Source: an uncultured delta proteobacterium
GTDB lineage: Bacteria; Desulfobacterota; Binatia; UBA9968
DNA: 64,000 nt
Direction: 5' to 3'
Assembly: GCA_963816145.1 (NCBI GenBank)
Contig: CAWFJP010000002.1
Span: forward strand, 256,001-320,000
Positions 21,123 through 31,935 of this stretch are shown piece after piece. The notes beneath the pieces were generated by a model. It saw only the letters and a program-made list of their open reading frames with translations. It searched no databases and was not told the origin of the DNA. Every line of letters begins with the position of its first letter. Position 1 is the stretch's first letter. Made by a program: the position numbers and the translations under genes.

Positions 21123-22151
21123 ATGAAGCGAGCAGCTAAGTTCGGATCGATTTTCGTATCGGCCTGCATCGCGCTTGGTTGGCCATCGTTTGCTTCGGTG
21201 CTGCACGCGGGATCGAATCCGCAGCTCATCGAGGCGGCAAAAAGCGAGGGTGTTGTTTCCTATTACACGACGATGACTTTGTTGCAGAGTAAAAAAGTCG
21301 TCGATAAATTTCAACAAAAATACCCATTCATCAAAGCCGAGCTGTTTCGCAGCGGCGGCGATGCGATTTTGAATAGAATTGAGAATGAGGCGCGCGGTGG
21401 TCTGAATGCCTGGGATGTTGTATCGACGCGCGGCGATCAGGTTCTGCCGCTGAGGAACTCCAAGCTGATCACGTCCTATCGTTCGCCTGAAACTAAATTC
21501 ATCAGCCAGGACTTGGTCGATGATGAGGGATACTGGACTGCTTATTACGTCAACCCGTTCGCGCTGGGATTCAACACCAACATGGTCAAAAGAGACGAAG
21601 TGCCCAAGACCTACGAGCAGCTGCTCGACCCGAAATGGAAAGGAAAAAAGATTTCAATCGACGATTCAGCGTACGAGTTTCTCGCCGGGCTCATGCGCGC
21701 TTGGGGCAAGGAGAAGGCGGTAGATTATTTAAAAAAACTCGCAGCGCAGGAACCGGTTGTCATGCGCGGCAACACCAATCGCGTCCAGCTCACGATGGCG
21801 GGTGAATACTATCTGATCATCGCCTATGCGCCGACGATTCAACGGGAGACTTCAAAGAACCATCCGATCGATTGGGTTCCGCTCGAGCCGGTGCCGGTTC
21901 AGGTCAATCCCATGATGCTGGCGGCCAAAGCGCCGCATCCCAACGCAGGCAAGCTCTTTATCGATTTTCTCCTGTCAAAAGAGGGGCAGAAAATGCTTGT
22001 CGGTTTCAGACGGATTCCTGTGCGCGAGGACGTCGACCCCGATCCGCCGCGCCTGTTCAAAGGCTACAAGCGAGTAGTTGAACACCCGGAGGACTCTAAA
22101 GACGCGCCCGTGGTCACCAAGCTCTATCAGCACATTTTAAACATTCGATAG
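21123..22151 (+). CDS. Extracellular solute-binding protein (Fe3+/thiamine-like)
   Basis: AAKSEGVVSYY, LLDPKWKGK, APHPNAGKLFIDFLLS. Confidence 0.9.
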   Translation: MKRAAKFGSIFVSACIALGWPSFASVLHAGSNPQLIEAAKSEGVVSYYTTMTLLQSKKVVDKFQQKYPFIKAELFRSGGDAILNRIENEARGGLNAWDVVSTRGDQVLPLRNSKLITSYRSPETKFISQDLVDDEGYWTAYYVNPFALGFNTNMVKRDEVPKTYEQLLDPKWKGKKISIDDSAYEFLAGLMRAWGKEKAVDYLKKLAAQEPVVMRGNTNRVQLTMAGEYYLIIAYAPTIQRETSKNHPIDWVPLEPVPVQVNPMMLAAKAPHPNAGKLFIDFLLSKEGQKMLVGFRRIPVREDVDPDPPRLFKGYKRVVEHPEDSKDAPVVTKLYQHILNIR

Positions 22152-22207
22152 GGCCTTTCGTGCGGAATAGTGAAGAGCCTGCAAGGCGTTTAAATCAGGA
22201 GGTTGCG

Positions 22208-23264
22208 ATGAACAAATTAAGACTGCTGCTTACACTAAGGATCGCGATTTACTGCGCCATTTCTATCCTCCTGCCGTCCCTGACCGCGGCAGAAGACTTC
22301 TATAAGGGTAAAACTCTCCGCTTCGTCGTCGGCTACGCTCCCGGAGGAGGCTACGACACGTATACGCGCGCCGTCGCGCGCCACATCGGCAAATATATCC
22401 CAGGCAGTCCGAGTGTTGTTGTCGACAACATGGAAGGCGCCGGGAGCCTTCTGTCTGCTAATTACATGTTCAATAAAGCTGAACCCGATGGCCTCACGGT
22501 GGGTAATTTCAACAGCGGCATGGTCACTCAGCAGGCGTTAGGCGCAAAAGGGATTCGCTTCGACGCGCGCAAGTTCGGCTGGATCGGAGCGCCGGGGAAG
22601 GGATGGCCCACCTGCATGGTGATGGGATTTACCGGGCTCAAAACCCTCGATGACGTCATCAAGTCGGGCGACAAGCTCAAGTTCGGAGGAACCCGCGCGG
22701 GCGCGTCCTCTGACGATTTACCGAAGCTGATGGATGCGCTGATGGGCACCCACCTGCAGGTTATCTCCGGATACAAAGGCACCGGACCGATTCGCGTCGC
22801 GCTGCAGCGCCGGGAGATCAATGCGCTCTGTTCCGGTTGGGAATCGATGCGGGTCACTGCGCGATCCATGCTCGACGCCAAGGGCGATGACAAGTTAATT
22901 CCTTTCGTCATTCACGGCTACCCCGAAGACCCTGAAGTCAAAGATCTGCCGCAGTACACGCAGGTCATCAAAGGAGATGAAAACGTCAAGGCGTTTAAAG
23001 CCTGGGCGAACCAGTATGATTTTCAGCGCCCGCTGATGGTGCCGCCGAAGACGCCGAAAGACAGACTGCAAACATTGCGCATGGCGTTGCAAGAAACAGT
23101 CGCGGATCCGAGAATTTTTGGCCGAAGCCAAAAAGAGCAAGATGGTCATCGACAAAGTGACCGGCGAAGACATCGAACGATCGGTGGAGGAGATTTTAAC
23201 GATTACGCCTGCGATCAAGAAAAAACTCATGGTTCTTTCACCCGGGAAGACGACAACAAATTGA
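22208..23264 (+). pseudogene. tctC: TctC/Bug family binding protein with +1 frameshift at about 23111
   Basis: GYAPGGGYD; removing one base after ADP restores EFLAEAKKSKM..TTTN* (stop 23262-23264), matching neighbour DPEFVAEAKKSKL. Confidence 0.85.
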
Positions 23265-23300
23265 GATCTGCGATCCGAAAAATGCACGAAGGAGAATCGT

Positions 23301-24365
23301 ATGAAACACCCACTTTGTATCTGGGCAGCCACAGCCGTTGCGTGGTTTATATGCGCCGCGGGCTCAAGCGCCATCGCTGATGATTTCTACAAGGGCAAAA
23401 CCATTCGCGTCACCGTCGGGCTCGCTCCCGGCGGAGGCTACGACACCTATGCGCGCGCTGTCGCCCGGCACATGGGAAAGCATATTCCAGGCAATCCGAG
23501 TTTTGTCGTTGACAACATGGAAGGAGCGGGAAGCCTGATTGCGGCCAATTATACATACAACAAAGCCGACCGCGACGGGACATTCATCGGCGTTTGGAAC
23601 AGCGCTTACGTTCTCTACCAAGCGCTGGGCGACAAGGCCGTTCGATTAGACGCGCGCAAGTTGAATTGGATCGGCGCGCCGATCAAAGGCTCGCCAAGCT
23701 GCAGCATCATGGGCTTTACCGGCCTGAAAACGATGGACGAAGTTGTCAAGTCCGGCAGAGAACTGAAAATGGGATCGACCCGGGCGGGTTCGACCTATAA
23801 CGATTTGCCGATGATCTTGAACCAGACCGTCGGCACAAAGTTTAACGTGATCAACGGCTACAAGGGCACATCGCTCATAACTGTTGCCATGCGGACCAAG
23901 GAATTGGACGGCGGCTGTTGGGGCTGGGAGTCGGCGCGGGTCACCGCGCGAGCGATGCTGGACGCCGAAGGCGATCAAAAACTCATACCTATTCTCGTGC
24001 ACAGCAAGTGGGAGGACAAGGAGTTAAAGAACGTTCCGCTGGTTCGCGACTACATCAAAGCCAAAGCGGGAGAAGATGGCGTTCGCCTCTACAACACATG
24101 GATCGCTCAATACGAGTTCCAGCGCCCCTGGGTAATGCCTCCAGGCGTGCCGGCCGATCGCGTAGAAATTTTTCGCAAAGCCTTCAAGGCAACGCTGGAG
24201 GATCCGGAATTCGTCGCCGAAGCAAAGAAGAGCAAACTCGAGATGCAGTACGTGCCGGCGGATGAAATCAACGGGCTGGTAAATGAAATTTTGAACATCT
24301 CAGCCAAAACAAAACAGGGGCTGCAATTTTTGGTGAAGAAAGAAAAGGCGGTCACCCAGAGATAA
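23301..24365 (+). CDS. tctC: TctC/Bug family binding protein
   Basis: FYKGKTI, GLAPGGGYD, NMEGAGSL. Confidence 0.9.
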   Translation: MKHPLCIWAATAVAWFICAAGSSAIADDFYKGKTIRVTVGLAPGGGYDTYARAVARHMGKHIPGNPSFVVDNMEGAGSLIAANYTYNKADRDGTFIGVWNSAYVLYQALGDKAVRLDARKLNWIGAPIKGSPSCSIMGFTGLKTMDEVVKSGRELKMGSTRAGSTYNDLPMILNQTVGTKFNVINGYKGTSLITVAMRTKELDGGCWGWESARVTARAMLDAEGDQKLIPILVHSKWEDKELKNVPLVRDYIKAKAGEDGVRLYNTWIAQYEFQRPWVMPPGVPADRVEIFRKAFKATLEDPEFVAEAKKSKLEMQYVPADEINGLVNEILNISAKTKQGLQFLVKKEKAVTQR

Positions 24366-24404
24366 ACGCCACAGCCAACGTAGCTACGGTCGCTGGAGGG
24401 CCAT

Positions 24405-26528
24405 ATGCTTGAATATCTGCACGCATTCAATCAGGGGCTGATAAACGTCCTGCCTTATTTTACGCCTCACGGTACCGAGACCTTCCTCTACATGATGTTC
24501 GGCATGGCGATCGGTTTTGCCGTCGGCATCCTCCCCGGTCTGGGCGGCGCCACCACACTCGCGCTCATGCTGCCGTTTATCTACAACATGGACCCGACGA
24601 CGGCGTTCGCTTTTCTGCTCGGCTCCAATGCCGTCACCGCCACCACCGGCGATGTCACATCGGTTCTTTTCGGAGTGCCAGGCGAAGGCATATGTGCTGC
24701 GACCATTGTCGACGGTCATCCCATGGCCAAAAACGGCGAAGCGGGCCGCGCGCTGGGAGCGGCGTTGATGAGTTCTCTTGTCGGCGCGGTCTTTGGCGCT
24801 TTTATTCTCGCTCTGGCAATTCCGATCGTTAGTCCGCTCGTGCTCTCCATCGGTTCGGCGGAGTTTTTCATGCTGGCGGTGCTGGGCGTCACCTTTGTCG
24901 CTTCGCTCAGCGGATCCAACATTCCCAAGGGACTGCTCGCCGGTGGTCTTGGGCTAGTGCTGGCCATGGTGGGGCTGGACCCGATCGAAAGTGTGCCGCG
25001 CTTCACCCTGGAAGGGTTTTTGGGCGAGGACAACGCGCTCTTTCTGTGGGATGGCATCTCACTGATCAGCGTGACCATCGGGCTCTTCGCTATCCCGGAG
25101 ATCATCGATCTCGCGGTGCAGGGAACCAGCATCGCGCGCGAGGGCACGCCAACCAAGCTCGGTGGCGTTATGGAAGGAATCAAGGATACGTTCCGCCACT
25201 GGAAGCTCGTGCTTCGCTGCAGCGGTATCGGCGCCTACATTGGTTTGATCCCCGGCATGGGCGGCGGCCCGGCGCAGTGGCTTGCTTACGCCCACGCGGT
25301 GCAGAGCTCGCCGGACAAAGAACGCTTCGGCAAAGGCGCGGTGGAAGGCGTGCTCGGCCCCGGAGCCGCAAACAATTCGAAAGAAGGCGGATCGCTGATC
25401 CCAACCCTTGCCTTCGGCGTGCCCGGCAGCGTCTCCATGGCGATTCTCCTGGGCGCCTTCATCATCCAAGGCATCGTGCCCGGCCCCGATCTTTTGAACC
25501 CAGCGAAGTATTTGACGCTGACTTTTTCCTTTGTCTGGATCATCGTCATCACCAACGTCATCACCGTCCTGATCTGCCTGCTCTTCCTTAACCAGCTCGC
25601 CAAAATTACTTTCGTCAAAGGGACCTATCTGATTCCGTTTCTGCTCTTTCTCGTTTACCTCGGTGGGTTTGCGACTAAAAATAGTTTCGGCGACATGCTG
25701 ATGGTTGTCATCTTCGGCGCCATCGGTTGGCTCATGGTCAAGTTCGATTGGCAGCGCCCGCCGCTGCTGCTCGGCTTGGTTCTAGGCGGGATCGCAGAGA
25801 ACAATCTTTTTATCGCCAGCCGCATTTATGGCTACACCTGGCTTTGGCATCCGGGCGTTTTGGTCATTGGCTTTATCATCGTGGCCGGCACGGCTTTTCC
25901 GTATCTGCAAGCCTGGTTCAGGCGTTCACGGCGGACCACAGATCCATCCGACATGGTTCAGAAACCAGTTTCCTTCAAGATCGAACGGCTGCCGTTGGCG
26001 GCCCGCATCGGCCAGAGTTTATTCGCGCTCTTTATTCTCTTGGTCTTCGCCTACGTCGTCTACCAGGCGAAATTTGGCTTCGGCGCGTTCGAGCCGCGCG
26101 CAGCGCTATTTCCCTGGGTCATCGGGCTACCCTGCTTCCTGCTCGCAATCTATGTGTTTAGCAATGACGCTCTCCAATCCACACGTAAAGTTAAAGTAGA
26201 AGAGACAGCTTTGTGGAGCGAGCCCGAGATTGACCCCGTGCTCGAGCGCCACAGAACTCTCGCTATCGGCTCATGGATCGTCGGCTTCTTTTTAGCGATT
26301 TGGACCTTGGGCTTTGTCCCCGCATCCGCCATCGCCACGTTCCTCTATTTGAAATTTGGCGCGGGAGAGAAATGGCCGATGGCAGCGACACTCACCATCG
26401 CTTGCTGGCTGTTTTTCTTCGGCGTGTTCGCTTACGCGCTGCAACTGCCGTTTCCCCACGGCGCGATATTCGACTTCGTGAATATTCATATCCCGGCAGT
26501 GCAGGATCTTTTCGCCGCCGGCGCTTAG
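24405..26528 (+). CDS. tctA: Tripartite tricarboxylate transporter TctA fused to C-terminal TctB-like domain
   Basis: GILPGLGG, DGHPMAKNG, EGVLGPGAANNS, PTLAFGVPGS; extra 4-TM tail ending LQLPFPHG. Confidence 0.9.
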   Translation: MLEYLHAFNQGLINVLPYFTPHGTETFLYMMFGMAIGFAVGILPGLGGATTLALMLPFIYNMDPTTAFAFLLGSNAVTATTGDVTSVLFGVPGEGICAATIVDGHPMAKNGEAGRALGAALMSSLVGAVFGAFILALAIPIVSPLVLSIGSAEFFMLAVLGVTFVASLSGSNIPKGLLAGGLGLVLAMVGLDPIESVPRFTLEGFLGEDNALFLWDGISLISVTIGLFAIPEIIDLAVQGTSIAREGTPTKLGGVMEGIKDTFRHWKLVLRCSGIGAYIGLIPGMGGGPAQWLAYAHAVQSSPDKERFGKGAVEGVLGPGAANNSKEGGSLIPTLAFGVPGSVSMAILLGAFIIQGIVPGPDLLNPAKYLTLTFSFVWIIVITNVITVLICLLFLNQLAKITFVKGTYLIPFLLFLVYLGGFATKNSFGDMLMVVIFGAIGWLMVKFDWQRPPLLLGLVLGGIAENNLFIASRIYGYTWLWHPGVLVIGFIIVAGTAFPYLQAWFRRSRRTTDPSDMVQKPVSFKIERLPLAARIGQSLFALFILLVFAYVVYQAKFGFGAFEPRAALFPWVIGLPCFLLAIYVFSNDALQSTRKVKVEETALWSEPEIDPVLERHRTLAIGSWIVGFFLAIWTLGFVPASAIATFLYLKFGAGEKWPMAATLTIACWLFFFGVFAYALQLPFPHGAIFDFVNIHIPAVQDLFAAGA

Positions 26529-26561
26529 CAGTTTTTAAACTCATCGCTTCAGGAGGGCCAA

Positions 26562-27611
26562 GTGAAAAGTTTTAGATTCATTTTTTCCCTTACGATGATC
26601 GCATTCATTCTGGGAGCCGCCCCGAAGCTGTACGCCGGAAGCGAGTCTCTTTACCAGGGCAAATCGATCAAGATCATCGTCGGCTTTACATCGGGCGGCT
26701 TTTACGATCGCTGGTCTCGCCTGCTGGCGCGCTACGTTCCGAAATATCTGGCCGGCAATCCGGAGATGATCGTGCAAAACATGCCTGGCGCCGGCGGAAT
26801 GATCGCGGCGAATCACATTTACGGCGTCGCCAAGCCCGACGGATTATCCATAGCCATGCTTTCCTACGGTTTGTACCTGGATCAGCTCGTCAGCCGTAAA
26901 GAGGTCCAGTACGACGTGCGCAAACTCAACTGGATCGGCTCGCCGGAAAAAAGCGAAGTGCTCATGTACATGCGCGCCGACGCGCCGTTTAAAACCATCG
27001 AGGACATTCGCAACGCAGCCACGCCGCCCAAGTGCGGCTCCACCGGAACCGCGGGAACCGACTATATTCTCGCGCGCCTGCTGGAAGACACGCTCGGCGC
27101 CAAGATCGATACTGTGCTCGGCTATCCCGGCGGCAGCGAGATCGATCTCGCCGTCGAAAAGGGCGAAGTGCAGTGCCGCGGCCTTACCGCGGCGCCGTTT
27201 TTCGGCCGGGAGCCGTTCATCTCCTGGCGCAAAAAAAACTTTGTCAACGTTCTCATTTACGGCGGAGTAAAGCGGGATGAACGCATCCCCGACACGCCGA
27301 GTATTTATGAAATTTTCGACAAAGAAAAAACGCCGGACGAAAACCGGCGCGTCGCCGATGTCATTCTGCGCGGCGGCGACTTCGGCCGCCCTTGGGTAAT
27401 GCCGCCGGAAACGCCCGCCGAAATCGTAAAGACCATGCGCGCGGCCTATGCAAAGGCGATGGCGGACCCGGCGCTAATCGAGGATGCCAAGAAAGCCAAA
27501 TTCGAAGTTGAATTCGTTTCAGGTGAAGAACTGCAAAAACTGGCGGAAACTATGATCAATCAGCCGCCTGGAGTAATCAAGCGTGTCAAAAAGCTGCTCG
27601 GGCAAAAATAG
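26562..27611 (+). CDS. tctC: TctC/Bug family binding protein
   Basis: GFTSGGFYD, QNMPGAGG, GYPGGSE. Confidence 0.9.
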   Translation: MKSFRFIFSLTMIAFILGAAPKLYAGSESLYQGKSIKIIVGFTSGGFYDRWSRLLARYVPKYLAGNPEMIVQNMPGAGGMIAANHIYGVAKPDGLSIAMLSYGLYLDQLVSRKEVQYDVRKLNWIGSPEKSEVLMYMRADAPFKTIEDIRNAATPPKCGSTGTAGTDYILARLLEDTLGAKIDTVLGYPGGSEIDLAVEKGEVQCRGLTAAPFFGREPFISWRKKNFVNVLIYGGVKRDERIPDTPSIYEIFDKEKTPDENRRVADVILRGGDFGRPWVMPPETPAEIVKTMRAAYAKAMADPALIEDAKKAKFEVEFVSGEELQKLAETMINQPPGVIKRVKKLLGQK

Positions 27612-27682
27612 CGGTTAAGCGCATCACTGGGATGGAGAAGCGATTTGCCTACCGGAGGCGTGGATCAGGACAGGAGAGCGTA

Positions 27683-28660
27683 ATGAAACTCGTTCAGATT
27701 TGGCTAGCAGTCTGTTTAGTTCTCGCACTGCCAACAGCTGGCACCGCCCAACAAGGAGTCGACTTTCCCGTAGCCGCTTCATCCAAAGTGTTAGGTTACG
27801 GGCCGCTGTGGGTGGCGTCGGGGATGGGCTTTCTCAAACGCGAAGGCCTCGACTCTGAGGTTTCGGCGATGCGCGGCACCGCGCCCGCCATGCAGGCTTT
27901 GGTCTCGGATTCCATCCACGTCGCGTTGGCGGCCAACGATGGACCGATCGGGTTGGTGGAGAAAGGATTGGACATCGCGATGATCGCCTGCGGCAGCAAG
28001 ACAACCCACATGATCATGGGCGGAAAAGGATTCAAGACCTATGAGGATTTGCGCGGCGCCACCATCGGCTCATCGACGCTGACTTCCGGCACGGCATTTC
28101 TGCTTAAGCGCGTGTTGAAATCCAAGGGACTCGAATATCCCCGAGACTACAACCTCGTCAACGTCGGCGGCAGCGGTCCGGCATTTACCGCGCTCGGCAC
28201 CGGCAACATCGCCGCGGCGATTCTCGCCGTGCCGATCAATTTTCGCGCTCAGGAAATGGGCTTCAATCTGATCGGCAAGGTCACCGATGTTTTTCCCAAT
28301 TATCTACTTTCCAGCTTCTCGGTCCGGCGCGGCTGGGCAGAGGCGCATCGCAAAGAGGTCGTTCATTTCCTTAAGGCGGTGCTGCAGGCGCGCAAGTGGC
28401 TCGACGAGAACAGAGAAGCGGGGGCGGAATTTTTAGCCAAAGAATTAGACATAAAACCCAAGCTCGCGCGTAAGGGCTTGAATTACTACCTCGAGAGTAA
28501 AGCCTGGGAACCGGATCTCAGTATCGATATCGATGGGCTCAAAACGGTTGTCGATATTTATGCCGAACAGGCGAAGCTCCCCGGCGGCCCGCCCAACCCG
28601 GAAAAATATCTGGACATGAGTTACCTGCACGACGCGTGGAAAGAGTTGGGATGGAAGTAA
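27683..28660 (+). CDS. ABC substrate-binding protein, NMT1/SsuA family
   Basis: Signal peptide after AGGAG RBS; DLRGATIG. Confidence 0.85.
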   Translation: MKLVQIWLAVCLVLALPTAGTAQQGVDFPVAASSKVLGYGPLWVASGMGFLKREGLDSEVSAMRGTAPAMQALVSDSIHVALAANDGPIGLVEKGLDIAMIACGSKTTHMIMGGKGFKTYEDLRGATIGSSTLTSGTAFLLKRVLKSKGLEYPRDYNLVNVGGSGPAFTALGTGNIAAAILAVPINFRAQEMGFNLIGKVTDVFPNYLLSSFSVRRGWAEAHRKEVVHFLKAVLQARKWLDENREAGAEFLAKELDIKPKLARKGLNYYLESKAWEPDLSIDIDGLKTVVDIYAEQAKLPGGPPNPEKYLDMSYLHDAWKELGWK

Positions 28661-28664
28661 GCCC

Positions 28665-30395
28665 ATGGAACTCACCAGGCGCGCGCCCCTTCGATCGGTT
28701 CAATTTCCAAAAATTCCATGGGCGTGGATCCCTTTGAGCGCGCTTGTCGGGCTGTTGATCGTAATGCTCGCCTACCCGCTGGCGCTGCTGTTCATCAAAA
28801 GTTTCGCTGTGACACGCCCCGGTGAGCCGACCGTCTGGGCGATGACAGGCTGGGTCGAAGCGTTTACGGACAGCAAGCTTGCCGTCGCCATCGGCAACAC
28901 CTTCTACCTGGCGTTTCTTAGGGTCGTCATCACCACTGTGCTGGCAATTTTTTTCGCCTGGGTCGTAACCCGCACGGACACGCCACTCAAGGGCTTCATC
29001 GAAGTGACGCTCTGGCTCGGCTTTTTTTTGCCGCTTCTCCCGATGACCATGGGTTGGATTCTGCTGCTGGATCCTTACAACGGACTTGCCAATAAGCTTC
29101 TTATGCAATCCTTTGGTCTCGCACGGCCTCCTTTCGATATCTTTTCTTACTGGGGCATTGTCTGGTGTCACCTGGCCTTCAGCACTTCGGTAAGATTCCT
29201 GTTGCTGACGCCCGCGTTCACGGCCATGGACGCGGCTCTAGAAGACGCCGCGCGCACCTCCGGCAGCAACAATATGGGCGTGTTGCTACGCATCACCATA
29301 CCAATTTTAGCGCCCGCCGTGCTCGCCTCCACGGCGTTGGGATTCATCAGGAGCCTCGAATCGTTGGAAATAGAAATGGTTCTTGGCATTCCCGCGGGCA
29401 TCTACGTGGTGCCCACCAAAATCTGGGACTACATTCACTGGGAGCCGCCGCTTTACGATCGGGCCACTGCGCTGTGCAGCGTCTTTCTGCTTTTCGTCTT
29501 CTTTCTCATTTGGCTGCACCGGATTTTTCTCCGCGGTAAGGAATTCACTACGGTCAGCGGCCGCAGCTACATGGTGCGGATTTTTCCGCTCGGCCGCTGG
29601 CGCTGGGTGACCTGCGGGTTCTGCCTTCTCTTTATCTTCGTGATGATCATCTTGCCGCTCGCGATGTTGATGATGGGCACATTCATGGAGTTCTTCGGCA
29701 ACTTCACGACGGAGAAAGTATGGACGGTTCATCACTGGACCGCGGTCTTCACCGATCCGGTGTTTTTAGGTTCATTGAAAAACACCCTGGTCCTTGGATT
29801 GGGAGCCGGCATTGTCGGAACGATCCTCTACTCAACGATCAGTTATGTCATCGTGCGCACAAAGCTGCCGGGCCGCGGTGTCGTCGACATCCTGTCCTGG
29901 CTACCTTGGGCTCTGCCGGGAGTACTCATCAGCCTGGCCCTGCTATGGGCTGCGCTCGGATCTGGCGATTATGTGAAGCTCGTCTACGGAACCGTTTCTC
30001 TTTTGGTGTTGGCGATAATCATCAAAGAGATGCCGCTCGGAACCCAGATCATCAAGGCAAGCGTGCTCCAGATCAGCCGTGAATTAGAGGAAGCTTCCAG
30101 CGCCGCGGGCGCCACACGGTTCACCGGTTTTTGCCGCATCATGCTACCGCTGCTGAGGCCAACGATGCTCTCGGTGGGGATCATAGTTTTCATCTCCGCC
30201 GCGCGTGACATCCCGACGGTGATCTTCCTGTCGACGAGTCAGAGCCGGACACTGTCTTTACTGATGCTTGACTACATCTCCGATGCCAACCAAGAGAAAG
30301 CCGCGGTGCTCGGTGTCTTTTTGGTCTTTCTCATCTTCGCTTTATTATTCGTCAGCTGGCTATTGGGTTTCCGGCGGAATGCTGTGCGCTCATGA
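28665..30395 (+). CDS. FbpB-like ABC permease (two TM modules)
   Basis: Two EAA loops: LEDAARTSG and LEEASSAAGA. Confidence 0.9.
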   Translation: MELTRRAPLRSVQFPKIPWAWIPLSALVGLLIVMLAYPLALLFIKSFAVTRPGEPTVWAMTGWVEAFTDSKLAVAIGNTFYLAFLRVVITTVLAIFFAWVVTRTDTPLKGFIEVTLWLGFFLPLLPMTMGWILLLDPYNGLANKLLMQSFGLARPPFDIFSYWGIVWCHLAFSTSVRFLLLTPAFTAMDAALEDAARTSGSNNMGVLLRITIPILAPAVLASTALGFIRSLESLEIEMVLGIPAGIYVVPTKIWDYIHWEPPLYDRATALCSVFLLFVFFLIWLHRIFLRGKEFTTVSGRSYMVRIFPLGRWRWVTCGFCLLFIFVMIILPLAMLMMGTFMEFFGNFTTEKVWTVHHWTAVFTDPVFLGSLKNTLVLGLGAGIVGTILYSTISYVIVRTKLPGRGVVDILSWLPWALPGVLISLALLWAALGSGDYVKLVYGTVSLLVLAIIIKEMPLGTQIIKASVLQISRELEEASSAAGATRFTGFCRIMLPLLRPTMLSVGIIVFISAARDIPTVIFLSTSQSRTLSLLMLDYISDANQEKAAVLGVFLVFLIFALLFVSWLLGFRRNAVRS

Positions 30396-30432
30396 CAGGT
30401 AAATTTGCGCGGCTAAGTCCAGGGGAGGAGCT

Positions 30433-31548
30433 ATGATACGAACGTTTATTATGGTGATTGCAATTTTGTTCACGCCGCTGGTCCTCAACGCCCCATCGGC
30501 TTGGTCTCAAAGCGAGGGTGCATGGCAACAAAAATGGAACGCAGCGTTGGCACAGGCGAAGACGGAAGGAAAAGTTGTGGTGCTGGGCCCTCCGGGAGAC
30601 AGAATCCGAGACGCCATCATGCGGAGCTTCACGAAGGCTTTTCCCGATGTCAACCTGGAATTTTCCGGCGCGCGCGGTGGTGAACTAGCGACCAGGATCA
30701 AGGCGGAACGGGATGCCGGCATTTACAGTGTCGACATCATCATAAGCGGCACCAGCACCGCCGATGCTTATTTTAAACCGATGAAGGCGCTCGCTCCGAT
30801 AGAACCGGCGTTGCTCTTGCCCGAAGTGATCGATGCCAAGAACTGGCGCGATCATCGCCTTGAATTTTCCGATCGCGACACTCGTTTCGATTTCATCTTT
30901 GCCACACAGAATAATGTACCGCTGATTTATAATCCGGCACAGGTGAAAGCGGAGGAGGTAGACGAGCTAGATAAAATCCTGGACCCCAAATGGAAAGGCA
31001 AACTTGTCGTTCAGGACCCGATTCCCTCCGGGACAGGAAACGGTGTGTTTCGCTGGCTGTGGCATGTGCTCGGTCCGGAAAAAACCAAAGATTATTATCG
31101 CAAACTCCGCGCCCAGGCCGGCGCCATCGACCGCGATCAAAGACGGCAGATCGAGTGGGTGGCGCAAGGCAAATATCCCCTGCATCTGGCCCCCGGAACG
31201 GTCATGTATCAACTAGAAAAGCGCGGCCTCAAGTTCGGCGTGATACCCTACTTCAAGGATTACGGGGCTTATCTTACCCCCGGTTTCGGTAGTGTCATGC
31301 TGATTGACCGGGCGCCCCACCCGGGCGCGTCAAAAGTTTTTCTCAACTGGCTTCTCAGCAAGGACGGGCAGACCGCCTTCAGCAAGGGCATGGGATACGT
31401 CAGCCGGCGCTTGGATGTACCCAGCGATCACGTGCCCGCCTACTGGGTGCCGAAACCCGGAGTTAAATATTGGGCCGGCTACTATGAGGAAGACGCGAGG
31501 ATGAATTCCGATCAGGAAACATTTCTTAAGACACTTTTCGGCAGGTAA
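30433..31548 (+). CDS. Extracellular solute-binding protein (Fe3+/thiamine-like)
   Basis: AKTEGKVVV, LDPKWKGK, APHP..FLNWLLS. Confidence 0.9.
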   Translation: MIRTFIMVIAILFTPLVLNAPSAWSQSEGAWQQKWNAALAQAKTEGKVVVLGPPGDRIRDAIMRSFTKAFPDVNLEFSGARGGELATRIKAERDAGIYSVDIIISGTSTADAYFKPMKALAPIEPALLLPEVIDAKNWRDHRLEFSDRDTRFDFIFATQNNVPLIYNPAQVKAEEVDELDKILDPKWKGKLVVQDPIPSGTGNGVFRWLWHVLGPEKTKDYYRKLRAQAGAIDRDQRRQIEWVAQGKYPLHLAPGTVMYQLEKRGLKFGVIPYFKDYGAYLTPGFGSVMLIDRAPHPGASKVFLNWLLSKDGQTAFSKGMGYVSRRLDVPSDHVPAYWVPKPGVKYWAGYYEEDARMNSDQETFLKTLFGR

Positions 31549-31589
31549 AAATTTTTTCTCTTTTATGGTGCAGTCAGCAGGATCGTGCT

Positions 31590-31857
31590 CGGCTCAGGGA
31601 GATGTGCAAAGCTCACCAGGATAGCGAAGAGGTCTACGGAGCGACCAAGACATGGCGGGCGTTAAAACAGTCCGGCACGTTGTGCGGCAAGCATCAAGTG
31701 GCGCGGCTGCGGCATCAGGCAGGGATCGAGCTGCGGCCCGAGCGCAAATTCAGACTGGCCTGCAAGGCTTGTAATACGGCGCCTGCCCGTCATTTTCTAC
31801 GCCGGCCATTCATAGCGGATTATCCCGAGTAAATCAGGATGACCGCTGTCACATTGA
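31590..31857 (+). mobile_element. Degenerate IS3-family transposase (OrfB) fragment; limits approximate
   Basis: HQDSEEVYGATKTWRAL..GKHQVARLR..GI..LRRPF, typical IS3 OrfB N-terminal region; stops before the DDE core. Confidence 0.75.
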
Positions 31858-31935
31858 CCGACTTGGCTCGCGTGATTCCCGATTCCGCGAATTGCCCCGA
31901 CACGATAGCGTTTGAGCACGGCGCTCGTTTCTAAC

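Noticed and set aside
23265-23380. Extended C-terminus of the first TctC in the ORF track
   Set aside because: Out-of-frame read-through caused by the +1 base at 23111; it overlaps the next gene.
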